24,604 nt of DNA from Macrostomum lignano (Eukaryota). The first letter of the stretch is position 1; each line of letters begins with the position of its first letter. The translations under genes and the position numbers were made by a program. The stretch is from NCBI GenBank assembly GCA_002269645.1, contig NIVC01005153.1:1-24604 (forward strand), given 5' to 3'. The notes beneath the pieces were generated by a model, which saw nothing but the letters and a program-made list of their open reading frames with translations, had not been told where the DNA came from and searched no databases. Shown here piece after piece: positions 1-10,056 of this stretch.

Positions 1-2797
1 AAATGGGAGTATGAAGGTTCCTGGCTACAAGGCACTGAGTGACTGAGATTCCAGATCTCGGCTGTCAATTGACACGGCCAGTTCAGTGGATGCTACTATT
101 GAGTTCGCAAGTTTTTACTCAGCACAGTTGTTCTGATTGCCTGTGACTGTCTTCTCTTTGCACATCGCATGCTTCAGTGGTGACACGAAGGCTAACGGCG
201 CGAATGTTGTGCTTTTCTAATATTTTAGCAACGTTATCGTAGCTTTTAAGACGTACTAAATCTTCAATTGCGTTATAAAGGCACGCATCAATGTGAAACT
301 TGGGTCTCAGAAGACTCAGAGCCGCTCCCGACAACTCAAAGTTCTTAAAATCCAGGTCGTCAGAAACTGGCAGCTCATTGAAATGTTTCGCGTAAAGGAC
401 ATCTTCTTTGAAGACAAAGCTCTTTTCTCTTTTAGATTCGCTAATCCGTTTCCCTTGTATGAGCAGCACCGTGTGCAGCTGTTGCCTGCAGTCAATTTGC
501 AACGTATCAAACAGGCTACCGATAGTGATAAACGTCTTTTCATCTTCCCTTGTTGTCATTCCATGCACTATAACACTGGTTAATCCTTGCGAAACTCGCT
601 GCTGCCGAACTTGTCAGATATGTAGGTACAAGTGAAGCATCCATTCTTACTGTGTAAACACTTTGGACTTTCTTCCATTTCCTCGCTGACCAACAAAGAA
701 AGCTTAGGGACTTTTAAATCTCGCTTAGACGTTTCTCCAACAGTTTTCCGCTGGTCGGAACTGATCTTACAGAATTCTAGATCGAGGAATTGTACGTTCA
801 TCGTCTTTGAATCCTTCAAGCGTTTAAAATATTCCTCCACATCATTGATTACCAAATTGCGAGCGTCAACAAGCTGGTAGCCTCTGGAATCAGCCGCTGA
901 TGTGGGAAGATATAAGCTAATTGCAGCGGGTAGGGTGTGCGACTGCTCAAGCATCTTTAGCAACAAGTGAATACCTCGGGTGGTCAATTCTAGATTGAGC
1001 TTTGCGGATAGCAACTTTTTGTCTGTTCAAGCTTAATCTGTTCAAGCACCATGGCCACATGCTGGACAGTCAGCTGATGCGATACCCCAAGTCGGCTAAA
1101 GACCTCTCCATGCTTTCGGAATCGAGATGGACAAGCAAAAAGAAACGGCGGGATTGCGTCGCTGCTCTCAGCCAGCGTAATTTGCATTGGCTTAACTAAT
1201 CTTTGAAATTCATCAGCAAGAATACATGAAATATCCTTTAATTCAGTAAAATGCCTCCTGCTCTCTTCCAAATGGAGAAGCGACTTCATGAATGCGTACA
1301 CCTTGTCCATCACCTTGGTTCTGGTTTTATTCAAGCTGGAGTGGGGCGCAAATTTGTCGAGGAATTGACTGCTTCTAAGGATGTTCTTGACATGCGACCA
1401 AAATTCTGCACTGCTCGGGGACTTTTTCAAGTACTTATCGAAGCATTTCAGCTCAGTAATAATGGCTGGTGAAGTAGGAGTCGCTGACCAACAAATAAAC
1501 CGGGCCTGTCTTGCTACCATATTCTCAATAGAACAAACTTGGGTTTGCATAGGGAAAAAGCTGGTTGAGGTCAGGCTCAAAATCTGGCACTATGAACGGA
1601 ATTTTAGACAGGTATTTAAGAAACTCCTCCTTTCGAGGTCCGAAATCTGCCTTTGCGACAACTTTCAGAATGGAGTCGGCCTTTTCTTTGGCATCCTCAA
1701 CAGGAAGGCTTGCTGTAGAGTTCGCAAACTTCAGCACCAGCTCCACCGTACACTCGGTCACAAGTCCTGCCAATTTCATCAGATCAAGCCATTCTTCATT
1801 GCAAAATTCTTTAGGCAGAAACCCATCTTCTGGAATAAATTGAGAGAAAATAGCAACACCCTTGTGATAAATATTGGCGGCTCGTTCCCACGAATTGCGG
1901 TTGGGAACAATTTTAGCGCGCTGGAGTGCGTTGAGAAAAATCTTGCTCTCATTGGGATTACGGCGACTTAAGCCTAGGAAACTCCAACTAAGAATTTTCA
2001 GCTTCTCAAGATGCAGGCGCTTCGTCCGGTCTGAAAAGGAATCAAATACCGGCAGAACGAATTCGGCGTAGACTGCATAATCGCTTAATTTCTTGCAGCG
2101 GACGGACTCGTACAGCTTCTCCAGTTCTGGGTTCTCTTTTATAAAGACACACTTCTCAGAGCAACTCCACAAATGAATTTCAGCTGCCTCAAAGCTGGCT
2201 GGAATGACTATGGCCCTCAGTCCTCCAATTTTAGTGCAATTACCGCTCAAAGAAACAAATATAGGTAAATTTCGAGTCGCCTTTACAAAACCCTGTTGCT
2301 TCAACACCTGAATAATTGCAGATTGATTGTCCTGAATAAAGCGACAGATGCTCGTGGCCATGTCGGCTGACGGAAGGTTGGATGGCTTGGCTGCGTTCTC
2401 GGTCAGAGCGAAGCGAATCACGGAGAGCATTGTGTCGGGTTTTTTTAATTGGCTGGCTAAATCTTTCAAAAACTTGTTTTGAACTGCCAGAGCCGGCGCC
2501 TTTAGCTGCTGCAGTGACTCCTCGATGCTCCTCCCAGTATCGCTTAAACAGCGGCCTGATTTAAGATAAACGCAAGACAACTTTGACACCTGGAAAAGGC
2601 TGTCACACTTCTCACTGGCCATTTCATTCCCCCAGCTTAAACATGTCGGAACTAAGGCAAAGTCCCAAACAGGCTCAAGTACATCATCTGCGCCCGTACT
2701 TTGTCTGCTGCTACTTGCTTGCCGACAAGCATCTTCAATAAAGCACCAAACATCCCGAAGCCAGTCGATTGGCTTTAAGTCCCCCATGCGAGACTCA
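1..2797 (-). pseudogene. SACS: Sacsin-like gene, 3' continuation broken by frameshifts (true pseudogenisation or assembly indels); runs off the window start
   Basis: Overlapping or abutting ORFs 1525-2988, 990-1580, 580-1014 and 119-568 continue sacsin-like sequence (WLRDVW, FICWSATP, SSEF..GL..VI.H). They require shifts of +1 (about 2797), +1 (about 1530-1550), -1 (T5 run at 1016-1020) and -1 (592-594). All three frames are closed again below about 120, implying at least one more disruption. Confidence 0.7.
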
Positions 2798-5700
2798 ATA
2801 CTGCTCAGTGAGATGAAGGCGCTCCGTGGTGACACGTGGTGGCAGGAACTCCTCCAGACATTGACAGAAGTCCTCAAGACTGAATTTCTTATAGATACCG
2901 GTCTCGTACGCAACGGGGCTGTGATCTGACCCGAATTTCCCGTACAAAGGCTGCGGGTGGAAAATCTCAAGTACTTTTTTGTGAGCAAATCGAGGAAGTA
3001 GAATTGAATTTTGTTCGGGAAAAAGACGAACGTACTCCGTCAGGAACACCGGCTGGTTCCGATCGAAAAGACGAAGTTTGCCATCAGCCGTCAGATTTAT
3101 TGGTGCCTCGAAGAGATTGAATAAGCTATCAGCCTTTTCTGTTAAAGCGTCTCCGAGCAAATATTTTAACAACGTTATCACTGCCGATTCGGAAGCAAAA
3201 ACGCTGTGTTCAACGTGCATTGGCAGCGATTTAAGCAGATTTTTGCAACAATTTCCCTTCAAAAAGTTTACTATCACACATTGCTCCAGAACGGGGATGT
3301 ATTTGATATCACTCTGTCGGAGACACGGCAAAAAATCTCGTCCTTTGAGCACTAGCGGCAAGTTTATTTTAACCAGAACATCGCAAACCTCACCAGGAGC
3401 GCCTTCCTGGAGAAATGCGGCTTTTCCATCGACTGAATCGGAGCTCAAAGCCAGAGGCAGCCACTCAATCTGCTGGCGAACCATTACAGGAAACAGCTTC
3501 CACTGTTTAGTAAGAACTTCATTGTAAAACTTTGTAGTTAGATTGCCCCAAGGAGACTTGTCTGCCTCATTTGCACGGGGGAAAAGTTTATAAAATAGTG
3601 GAAGTGATAGATCTTGACTGTCGGCAGTCACTGCCTTTATTCGCTTTCTCAAAGAATCAAGCAATTTCACATAGCACTCAGGCAGAGCAGTCGTTACAAG
3701 CGCGTCGTTCCACTCGGAAGCAGCGTCGTTTGAGTGAGCCTCCCACAGATTTCGACGCGACGGATCTAGCGCAAAGTGGCCGTTCACGTGAACAGGCAAG
3801 CTGGTGATCAGAGGCAGTGGAAGTAGATTGAAAGCTCGATGACGCTGACGTCCTGAATCAGGCGACTTATCAATCCGAGCAGCTACCCCGACTTTGGGTA
3901 GCGCCTTCCACATGCCAGATGCTATCGTAGAGCGCAAATTAGCTAAGCTTTTACTTTGAAGTTCCCTGGATGCAGCACTTGAAAATCCAAGTTGCTGGGC
4001 TACCATCCAAGTGCACTTCCTCAGCGACGCGAATTTGGATAGCGGTTTTGTCTCAGATACAGTAACGGTAGTTTCATGTGTAACAAAACTGCTGCCACCC
4101 ATGAAAATTCTGTCGAAACCTTGACGTTGCTGAAGCACTGTGCCTAACTTCTTGCACTCTTGCTTAAACTGTCTGTAAGCTGAGTCTTCTCCAGAAATTT
4201 CCGATGTAACTTCAGCTACTTTGGTTAGCTTTCCATCTGGTGCAAGTTCTGAGAGAGTGATGGTTCTAACGTTGGTCAAAAATAGCAGAATATCAGTTAA
4301 ATCGGACTTTAATTCTTCGAATAGAGCGCTAATCCTTTCTGAATTCACTGATCCAGAGTTGGAGCATATCTTGGATTTTCGAGCCATATCCTGAGTACGA
4401 AGAGGCAGCCTAAAGACAGTAGAGCCGAGTAAAGATTCGAACTTCAACTCGAAAACTTCGAAAAAATGAGGGAAGTCAGTCATGATCGCTTTCAGACTTT
4501 CATCTTTGTACATTCCACCTGGGCTTTCGATGGTAGCGTTGGGCATGTATCTGCAGTGCGGGTCCATCACACACAGAACCCGATTGTCGGAGAGGAACAT
4601 CGGAACGTCTGTCACGTGATATACACAGTTAAATCCAATGCCATACTGCCCAGTTTTCCATGGATGGCTTCCCTTTGAGCCGACGCCTAGATTTTGGATT
4701 CCTTCAATGTCATCATCAGAGAAAGTCGTGTCATTGACGACTAGAAGAGCTGGTCCTTGAAGGCTCTTCCATTCTTCTCCCAATACTCTTTCCTGTAAGA
4801 AGCTCCGGCGATCGTTGATTAAATGAATTCTTGTAGCGCCGGCGTCATCTGCATTTTGCACCAGCTCCTTGAAGATCTCAATGCCCAGTGGGTAGCTTTT
4901 AAGAATGCCTTTAATCCTGGTCGCTAGTTCTTCTTTCTGACCAAACGGCAACGGCGTGTGATGCATTTTCAGTGCTTGCTCTCTCTTGTCGGGTATTCTC
5001 AGCTTCTCACAGACACCATAAGCCACGTCCTTGTGAACAAAGTGCAAACTTTTGCTATTTGGCAGCCACTTTATGCTTCCAAAACATAGATCCGAACATT
5101 GAGTAAGGACACCTTTGTTGTCCGGAGCAAAAATCTCAGATTGTTCAGGGATTTTTTCTGAACTGAGTTCGCTGAGCCGAGTAAGCAAGTCAATACTGCA
5201 CTTTCTGTCTGCATCCGTCAGTTCAGAACCATTGTACTTTGCTTGCATCTCTTTTAGAACTTGGCAGTAGGTAGCGGCACCAAACTGCTCCAAGACACCC
5301 ACAGCCTTAAGAAAGGAACGATAGTTAGAAAGGCTTCGACGTATATCCGTCAGTAAGTGAAAAAGATACGGCTGGCACTCTTTATCTGCTAGGTTGAGGG
5401 ACACCTTCTGAGGGTTCAAAAATCCGTGATCGGAAAACAGAATTGCAGGCGATTCACAAGTTTTAAAGGCTGATCTCACCTTAGAAGCAACCGTTGGGTC
5501 CTCATCAATGAGCTTGGACAGGTGCTGATAAACAGCCAAGCATATTAGGCGGCTGTCTTCATGAAAGACTTCTGCAGCACGGCAAAGTTGAGTCCAGGCA
5601 ACATCCCATGTCACAGTTTTCTGCACTCCGATCATGCGGAGCAACGGCTCCTTGTAGTCCTGAGGTACGTCTTGTAACAGCGATTTATCAAAAACTGGTT

Positions 5701-7630
5701 GGCACAGCGAGACCAGCTTTTCCAAGCTCGAATCATACAGAGCTCTAGGTGAAAACAGTTTGCCCTGAGCATTACTCACTGAGTACCAAAGCAGTTTGCA
5801 ATCCTTGGGCTTCTGTAGTGCTGGCAGAAATTCGACAAGTCTGAGCTTGGCCAGCCGATCATCACATGGTGTCATCAACTGCTTGCTTTCACAAATGCAC
5901 CTCATCAGTGATCGCACTCTCTCCTTACGCAAATCATTGTCAAGTGTATAAATTGACTCTGCTCGCTTCAATAACTCGTCAAAGTCAATCTGGGACTTCA
6001 ATCCGAATTTCAACAGCGCTTGTCGAATATCAGCTATCTGGAAGTCATTCCGTGGAAAAAATGAATCATTTTGATCATACAGAGCTGCTGCAGAGCAGCA
6101 TGGGTCCAGCAGCTCTTTTGCAGGGCAAAGTTGACCCAGCTGATTTGGAACGAAGCTACAAGAGTTCAGTAGCTTTTGGACTGACAGACATCTCAGAAAA
6201 TGTAAGGGATCTTCTGTTGATACAGCTGTCTGGCTTAGACTTCGTAGCAAAAGGTGCAGCAACTCACAACAGTGCTTTCGGTCGACGTCCGAAAAATTCC
6301 ACAATCTCGAAAGATTCTGAAGAAAAGTCGCCACAAAATATTCGCCTTCCCACAAGCTTGTGCCGAGCAGGTCAAGCTGTACGGCTGATCGTTGAACGCC
6401 TGGTGCGAGCCCCTCCGCCACACCCCAGCTTTCAGGCACCATTGACTGAGCGATTCGACGGACGGTTTCTGCTGAGGAGCCGAGGGCAGATGAACCCAGA
6501 CTAAATTCATCCAAGAATACAGCTTTGGACAGATTTTTCCAGCCTTTGTTGGTAGGAAAAACGCACGGCGCTTCGGGATCCGCCGAGAAAACTGTTTGGT
6601 AAAAGCTGTCTACAAGATGGCACCAAATACTACCGGATACGGCTTCCGGAAGCGGCCAGAGATCGGGTGTCCCGACGATCCCGTCACTAGCCATTCGCTG
6701 AATTGCAGCAACAAGGGCGGTACAAGCTGCCTCACGGAGCAGAGCTGCATTCCAGCGGCCCGGGTGCCAGCGACCGTCGGATTCATCCATGGTTGTCTCC
6801 TCTAAATGCCTGCGGCTTGACGTCACAGCAAATGTTGCATTGACATGAAATAGTAGTGGCGTCTCAACCGGTAGTGGTAGAAAGCTGAAGGCGACACCAG
6901 GTTTAACTACATCGGCTGCACTGACATCCTGACTTGTCTTTATTCGAACTGCAACGCTAGCTAGCGGCGGCCGAAAAACTTCATTGTGCTGCGACATTTC
7001 AAGCGAGTCACTGAAGCCTATTGCAGTGCTTTGTAGCCAATCATCTTTGCGGTTAGTATCCACAGTCAGCGCGTCAATGCCAAGTCTCTTAGCCACTTTA
7101 ACGCTATACCACGTTTCAATGCGCAGCCGCAACTGTCCTATTAGTTTTTCAGCGCTTTCTTGTTGCATCTTATGCACGGCAGCGGTTAACACTTGAGTCT
7201 GATCGCACAGCTTGCCGCTGTCGGAGGTAACTGGGAGTGGTCGGAGGCACTCAATTAGACTGCGTTTCACCTCAAGTAGCATCGCTGCCTTTGGTCCATC
7301 CCGAAGATGCAGCAATCGAAGGGCTGATACAGACTGCGTGAACAGCAGCAGCAGGTGAGCAACTTCAGCAGTCTTTCCCAGCAAATCGCGCATCTCCATC
7401 TCTCCATAAACCTGCTGACAAATTTTAGACTCTTTAGCCTGCTGAGGCGTTCGAAGCGGCAGGCGGATAAGTGTGCCCCGGTACGGCTGGGCGCTTAAGT
7501 CGCTGGCGCAGCCCATGACGCCGGCATAGGGTGCGAACTGGTGCGGGAAATCCGCCAGGACCTGCTGACCTGCCTTTGTGGCAAAGTTTAACTTGACACC
7601 GGTGCTGTTCCCACCCTGCCTGCGGTATAC
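2795..7630 (-). CDS. SACS: Sacsin-like gene, large exon 3, intact part (1611 codons; contains the second SRR ATPase repeat)
   Basis: Uninterrupted ORF with sacsin motifs GTLIRLPLRT, LPLPVETPLLFHVNATFAVTSSRR, FGQKEELATRIKGILKSYP...KELVQNADDAGAT, QGPAL, KTGQYGIGFNCVYHVTD, STVFRLPLRT and LPLPLITSLPVHVNGHFALDPSRRNLW. Confidence 0.93.
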   Translation of the reverse strand, partial: VYRRQGGNSTGVKLNFATKAGQQVLADFPHQFAPYAGVMGCASDLSAQPYRGTLIRLPLRTPQQAKESKICQQVYGEMEMRDLLGKTAEVAHLLLLFTQSVSALRLLHLRDGPKAAMLLEVKRSLIECLRPLPVTSDSGKLCDQTQVLTAAVHKMQQESAEKLIGQLRLRIETWYSVKVAKRLGIDALTVDTNRKDDWLQSTAIGFSDSLEMSQHNEVFRPPLASVAVRIKTSQDVSAADVVKPGVAFSFLPLPVETPLLFHVNATFAVTSSRRHLEETTMDESDGRWHPGRWNAALLREAACTALVAAIQRMASDGIVGTPDLWPLPEAVSGSIWCHLVDSFYQTVFSADPEAPCVFPTNKGWKNLSKAVFLDEFSLGSSALGSSAETVRRIAQSMVPESWGVAEGLAPGVQRSAVQLDLLGTSLWEGEYFVATFLQNLSRLWNFSDVDRKHCCELLHLLLRSLSQTAVSTEDPLHFLRCLSVQKLLNSCSFVPNQLGQLCPAKELLDPCCSAAALYDQNDSFFPRNDFQIADIRQALLKFGLKSQIDFDELLKRAESIYTLDNDLRKERVRSLMRCICESKQLMTPCDDRLAKLRLVEFLPALQKPKDCKLLWYSVSNAQGKLFSPRALYDSSLEKLVSLCQPVFDKSLLQDVPQDYKEPLLRMIGVQKTVTWDVAWTQLCRAAEVFHEDSRLICLAVYQHLSKLIDEDPTVASKVRSAFKTCESPAILFSDHGFLNPQKVSLNLADKECQPYLFHLLTDIRRSLSNYRSFLKAVGVLEQFGAATYCQVLKEMQAKYNGSELTDADRKCSIDLLTRLSELSSEKIPEQSEIFAPDNKGVLTQCSDLCFGSIKWLPNSKSLHFVHKDVAYGVCEKLRIPDKREQALKMHHTPLPFGQKEELATRIKGILKSYPLGIEIFKELVQNADDAGATRIHLINDRRSFLQERVLGEEWKSLQGPALLVVNDTTFSDDDIEGIQNLGVGSKGSHPWKTGQYGIGFNCVYHVTDVPMFLSDNRVLCVMDPHCRYMPNATIESPGGMYKDESLKAIMTDFPHFFEVFELKFESLLGSTVFRLPLRTQDMARKSKICSNSGSVNSERISALFEELKSDLTDILLFLTNVRTITLSELAPDGKLTKVAEVTSEISGEDSAYRQFKQECKKLGTVLQQRQGFDRIFMGGSSFVTHETTVTVSETKPLSKFASLRKCTWMVAQQLGFSSAASRELQSKSLANLRSTIASGMWKALPKVGVAARIDKSPDSGRQRHRAFNLLPLPLITSLPVHVNGHFALDPSRRNLWEAHSNDAASEWNDALVTTALPECYVKLLDSLRKRIKAVTADSQDLSLPLFYKLFPRANEADKSPWGNLTTKFYNEVLTKQWKLFPVMVRQQIEWLPLALSSDSVDGKAAFLQEGAPGEVCDVLVKINLPLVLKGRDFLPCLRQSDIKYIPVLEQCVIVNFLKGNCCKNLLKSLPMHVEHSVFASESAVITLLKYLLGDALTEKADSLFNLFEAPINLTADGKLRLFDRNQPVFLTEYVRLFPEQNSILLPRFAHKKVLEIFHPQPLYGKFGSDHSPVAYETGIYKKFSLEDFCQCLEEFLPPRVTTERLHLTEQY

Positions 7631-7705
7631 CTGCAAAAGTCGGTGGCCTATCAATCAATGTACGAGCGTAAATAAGGCTCGGAAAATATTATTAAACCAA
7701 CTCAC
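7631..7705 (-). other. Spliceosomal intron 2 of the sacsin-like gene (75 bp)
   Basis: GTGAGT donor at 7705 and TTTTGCAG acceptor ending at 7631. The phase-0 join gives FLED|VYRRQGG...FPHQFAPY. Confidence 0.85.
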
Positions 7706-7936
7706 ATCCTCCAGAAAGCCACGCCCCCGAGTCTCGCCGTGCGGGTCCAAAAATTGCAGACGCCAGCCACTAAACACCGAGGGTACGTCAGTCAGGTTGT
7801 AGACAGAGTTAAACCCGAGGCCAAACCTTCCCACCTTGGTCGACTGGCTTCGCTTTGTGGCACCGCCAAGGTTCAGTAAGTTCGTGAAGTCTTCATGAGT
7901 AAACTCGGAGTTATTGTGCGCCCAAAGACTCGGGCC
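7706..7936 (-). CDS. SACS: Sacsin-like gene, coding exon 2
   Basis: GPSLWAHNNSEFTHEDFTNLLNLGGATK...KVGRFGLGFNSVYNLTDVP...DPH contains the GHKL/HSP90-like ATP-binding motifs of the sacsin SRR. The exon ends at GAT|GTGAGT. Confidence 0.9.
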
Positions 7937-8219
7937 CTGATAATTTATAAAAAACAAGAAATTTTATAACGCCAGCAATATTTTAATCTTTTATTGTTAC
8001 GAAGACAAGCGAAGACAAGACGTACACCGAGTGGTAAGAATAAAGCTAAACTACTAGTAAAAAAGCCAGGCGGTGTGCTGTTGGTATGGACACAAGAATT
8101 ACTGGAACAAAATCCTACTTTCTCTCCATAGCAAGTCTCGAGTGCCCTCCAATTTAGCAGCTATTAATTACGAACAAACTGCAATACACATGCTACCATG
8201 AAAAATAAATTCCTTGTAC
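7937..8219 (-). other. Spliceosomal intron 1 of the sacsin-like gene (283 bp)
   Basis: GT at 8219-8218 and TATCAG acceptor ending at 7937. Splicing yields DCQ|GPSLWAHNNSEF, restoring the sacsin QGPALxxxNN motif in frame. Confidence 0.85.
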
Positions 8220-8450
8220 CTGACAGTCTGCCATGCGGCCACTGAGAACCGATTTCTGCCACTGCCGGTTGCTCCTGCTGTCGTAGATCAGCGTCACCTT
8301 GGTGGCCCCGGCATCGTCAGCATTCTGAATGATCTCCTTCGGGATGGCTAAACCATCTGAGTAGTCTTTGAGAATGTTGCGCAAGCGCTGAGTCAACGAC
8401 TCGGACTGACCGCAGAGTTCCAAGCCCTCCAAATCCTCCGCGGAGGCCAT
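8220..8450 (-). CDS. SACS: Sacsin-like gene, coding exon 1 (start of first SRR / HSP90-like ATPase repeat)
   Basis: Translation MASAEDLEGLELCGQSESLTQRLRNILKDYSDGLAIPKEIIQNADDAGATKV matches the sacsin SRR motif (GQxExLTxRIxxILxxY...KELxQNADDAxAT). The exon ends at CAG|GTACAAG (phase 0). The ATG at 8450 may not be the true start because an upstream exon is possible. This is a sacsin-like paralogue; orthology was not tested. Confidence 0.85.
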
Positions 8451-8722
8451 GGAGCGCAGTCTCGTTTGAAGTGCACCTTTTAGTCTGCAGTACGAGTTGG
8501 CTGGTCGATTCGTCTGCAAATTTTTTAGCCTTGCTACTTTTGAATACTTTGGAGTAATTAATACTCAGCCTCGAGTACAAGCTGGGTGGCCAATTTTCTC
8601 TCCTATTTCCGGAAAGCTGCGTATTTGCGTACACAAATTGCAGGACTAACCAGCACCAGCACACCCTCATCCTCCTTAGTGCAAGCCGATCTACGCTCAT
8701 CGGGGCAGGCTTGGCCACAAGC

Positions 8723-8740
8723 AGAGAGAGAGAGAGAGAG
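8723..8740. repeat. (AG)9 microsatellite; further GA-rich tracts at about 8856-8899 and 9445-9580
   Basis: Read directly from the sequence. These tracts are polypyrimidine on the minus strand. Confidence 0.9.
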
Positions 8741-10056
8741 AAATTTCTATGGCGCTCTTGTGTCTATATGAGCACTGTCGCACTAACGCGTTGGCAGTAG
8801 GCCGGCAACCAGGGTCGCATCAAACGCACATGTGAAGAGTTCGCTTTAGCACACTAGAGAGAGAGGAGGAAAGAGAGAGAGAAAGAGAAGAGAGAGAGAA
8901 TTAATTTTAGTATCTAAACGCTTGAACTTCCACTTCCGGACCTCAAGCCTGGGAACAAAATTCAGTAATCACTTACTGGTGCGGGCTCCTCTTCTTAGTC
9001 GGGCAGGTTCGTAGAGCTAGTAGTCTTCTATGGAGTCTTCCTCCGGAGTAGTCTTCTCGAATTCTAAAATCGGCCGAATGTGAGAGCGTTAACAATTTAA
9101 TCCATCGACGTCGAAGTATTCCTCGAGTGCAGAAATCAGAGATGCGCCCTAATAACAAAGTCAACTCTACATAACAATAATGAAGTGCTCCAGAAAGGGC
9201 GTCTTATTCTAGAAATGACGGAATCGGAGTCGTACGCCTCTATCGGTTACTCTACGACACCAAAATCAATCAATCGATAGTCCTTTATGGGTATCGGAAT
9301 CGGTCCACAGATTCTATCCAATCCCTTAGGAAAAGGGAGGCCTTACACTTGATACTTGCACTTACACTCTGTACTTGTAGCTCAAAACGGCCTCAAACTT
9401 ACGGATTTCAGTTTATTCGGCTTGGAGTGGCAGGAGCGGGGGGAGTAAGAAGAAGAAGGAGAAGAAGCTTAAATACAAGCTAAGAGAGCAAAGGGAGACA
9501 AGCTAAGAGAAATGATAAGAGAAATGAGAGAGCAGTGAGGAAAGGAAAGAAGAGAGAGAAGAGAGAGAGAAAGAGATTGACTGCAGCCACGCTGAACACA
9601 AAAGGTAGAAGCCCAGGGGGATAGGTGACCATCATTGGGGGAAGAAAAACCATCATTGGGGGCGGCTAAAGTACAGTACGAGCCAATAAACTAGATCCCA
9701 ACACTCACTTACTTGTGGTGCCGGAGCGCTGAGCTCTAGGCACTGACTAACTTATGTTATGTACGTGCATCGTACGTGCACGCCATTCCTCTCCGTTTGC
9801 GCTGACTGGCCATACCCCTGGCCTAAGCTTCCATGCACTTGTACGTAGTTAATTATGATCACGTGATTCTATTTCGGTGTTCTCTCAGCCCCTGCTCGTG
9901 TCATTATTAAATAGGCTACTTGCCAGTTAAAATAAACCTTGAATTTCTTTATGCCAACTTCACGGCACGACATTACTACTGGCGGGGACGCAAGCACAGC
10001 GATTAGGCCAGGTCGCGAGGCCCTTATCGCAACCCCAAAGTAAAAGAGAGCAAGGA

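Noticed and set aside
1010-1025. Programmed -1 frameshift at the A-run
   Set aside because: The zero frame reads ACA AAA AGT, which is not an X XXY YYZ heptamer; a missing A in a homopolymer is simpler.
293-7802. Short plus-strand and alternative-frame ORFs overlapping the sacsin gene
   Set aside because: They have no recognisable motifs and are expected shadows of a long coding region.
7706-8450. Coding exons 1 and 2 of sacsin are both 231 bp
   Set aside because: The sequences are unrelated, and the exon 1 length depends on the assumed ATG, so this is coincidence.
9065-9401. Intronic snoRNA in the putative leader introns
   Set aside because: No box C (RTGATGA) with a paired box D was seen, and H/ACA cannot be judged by eye.
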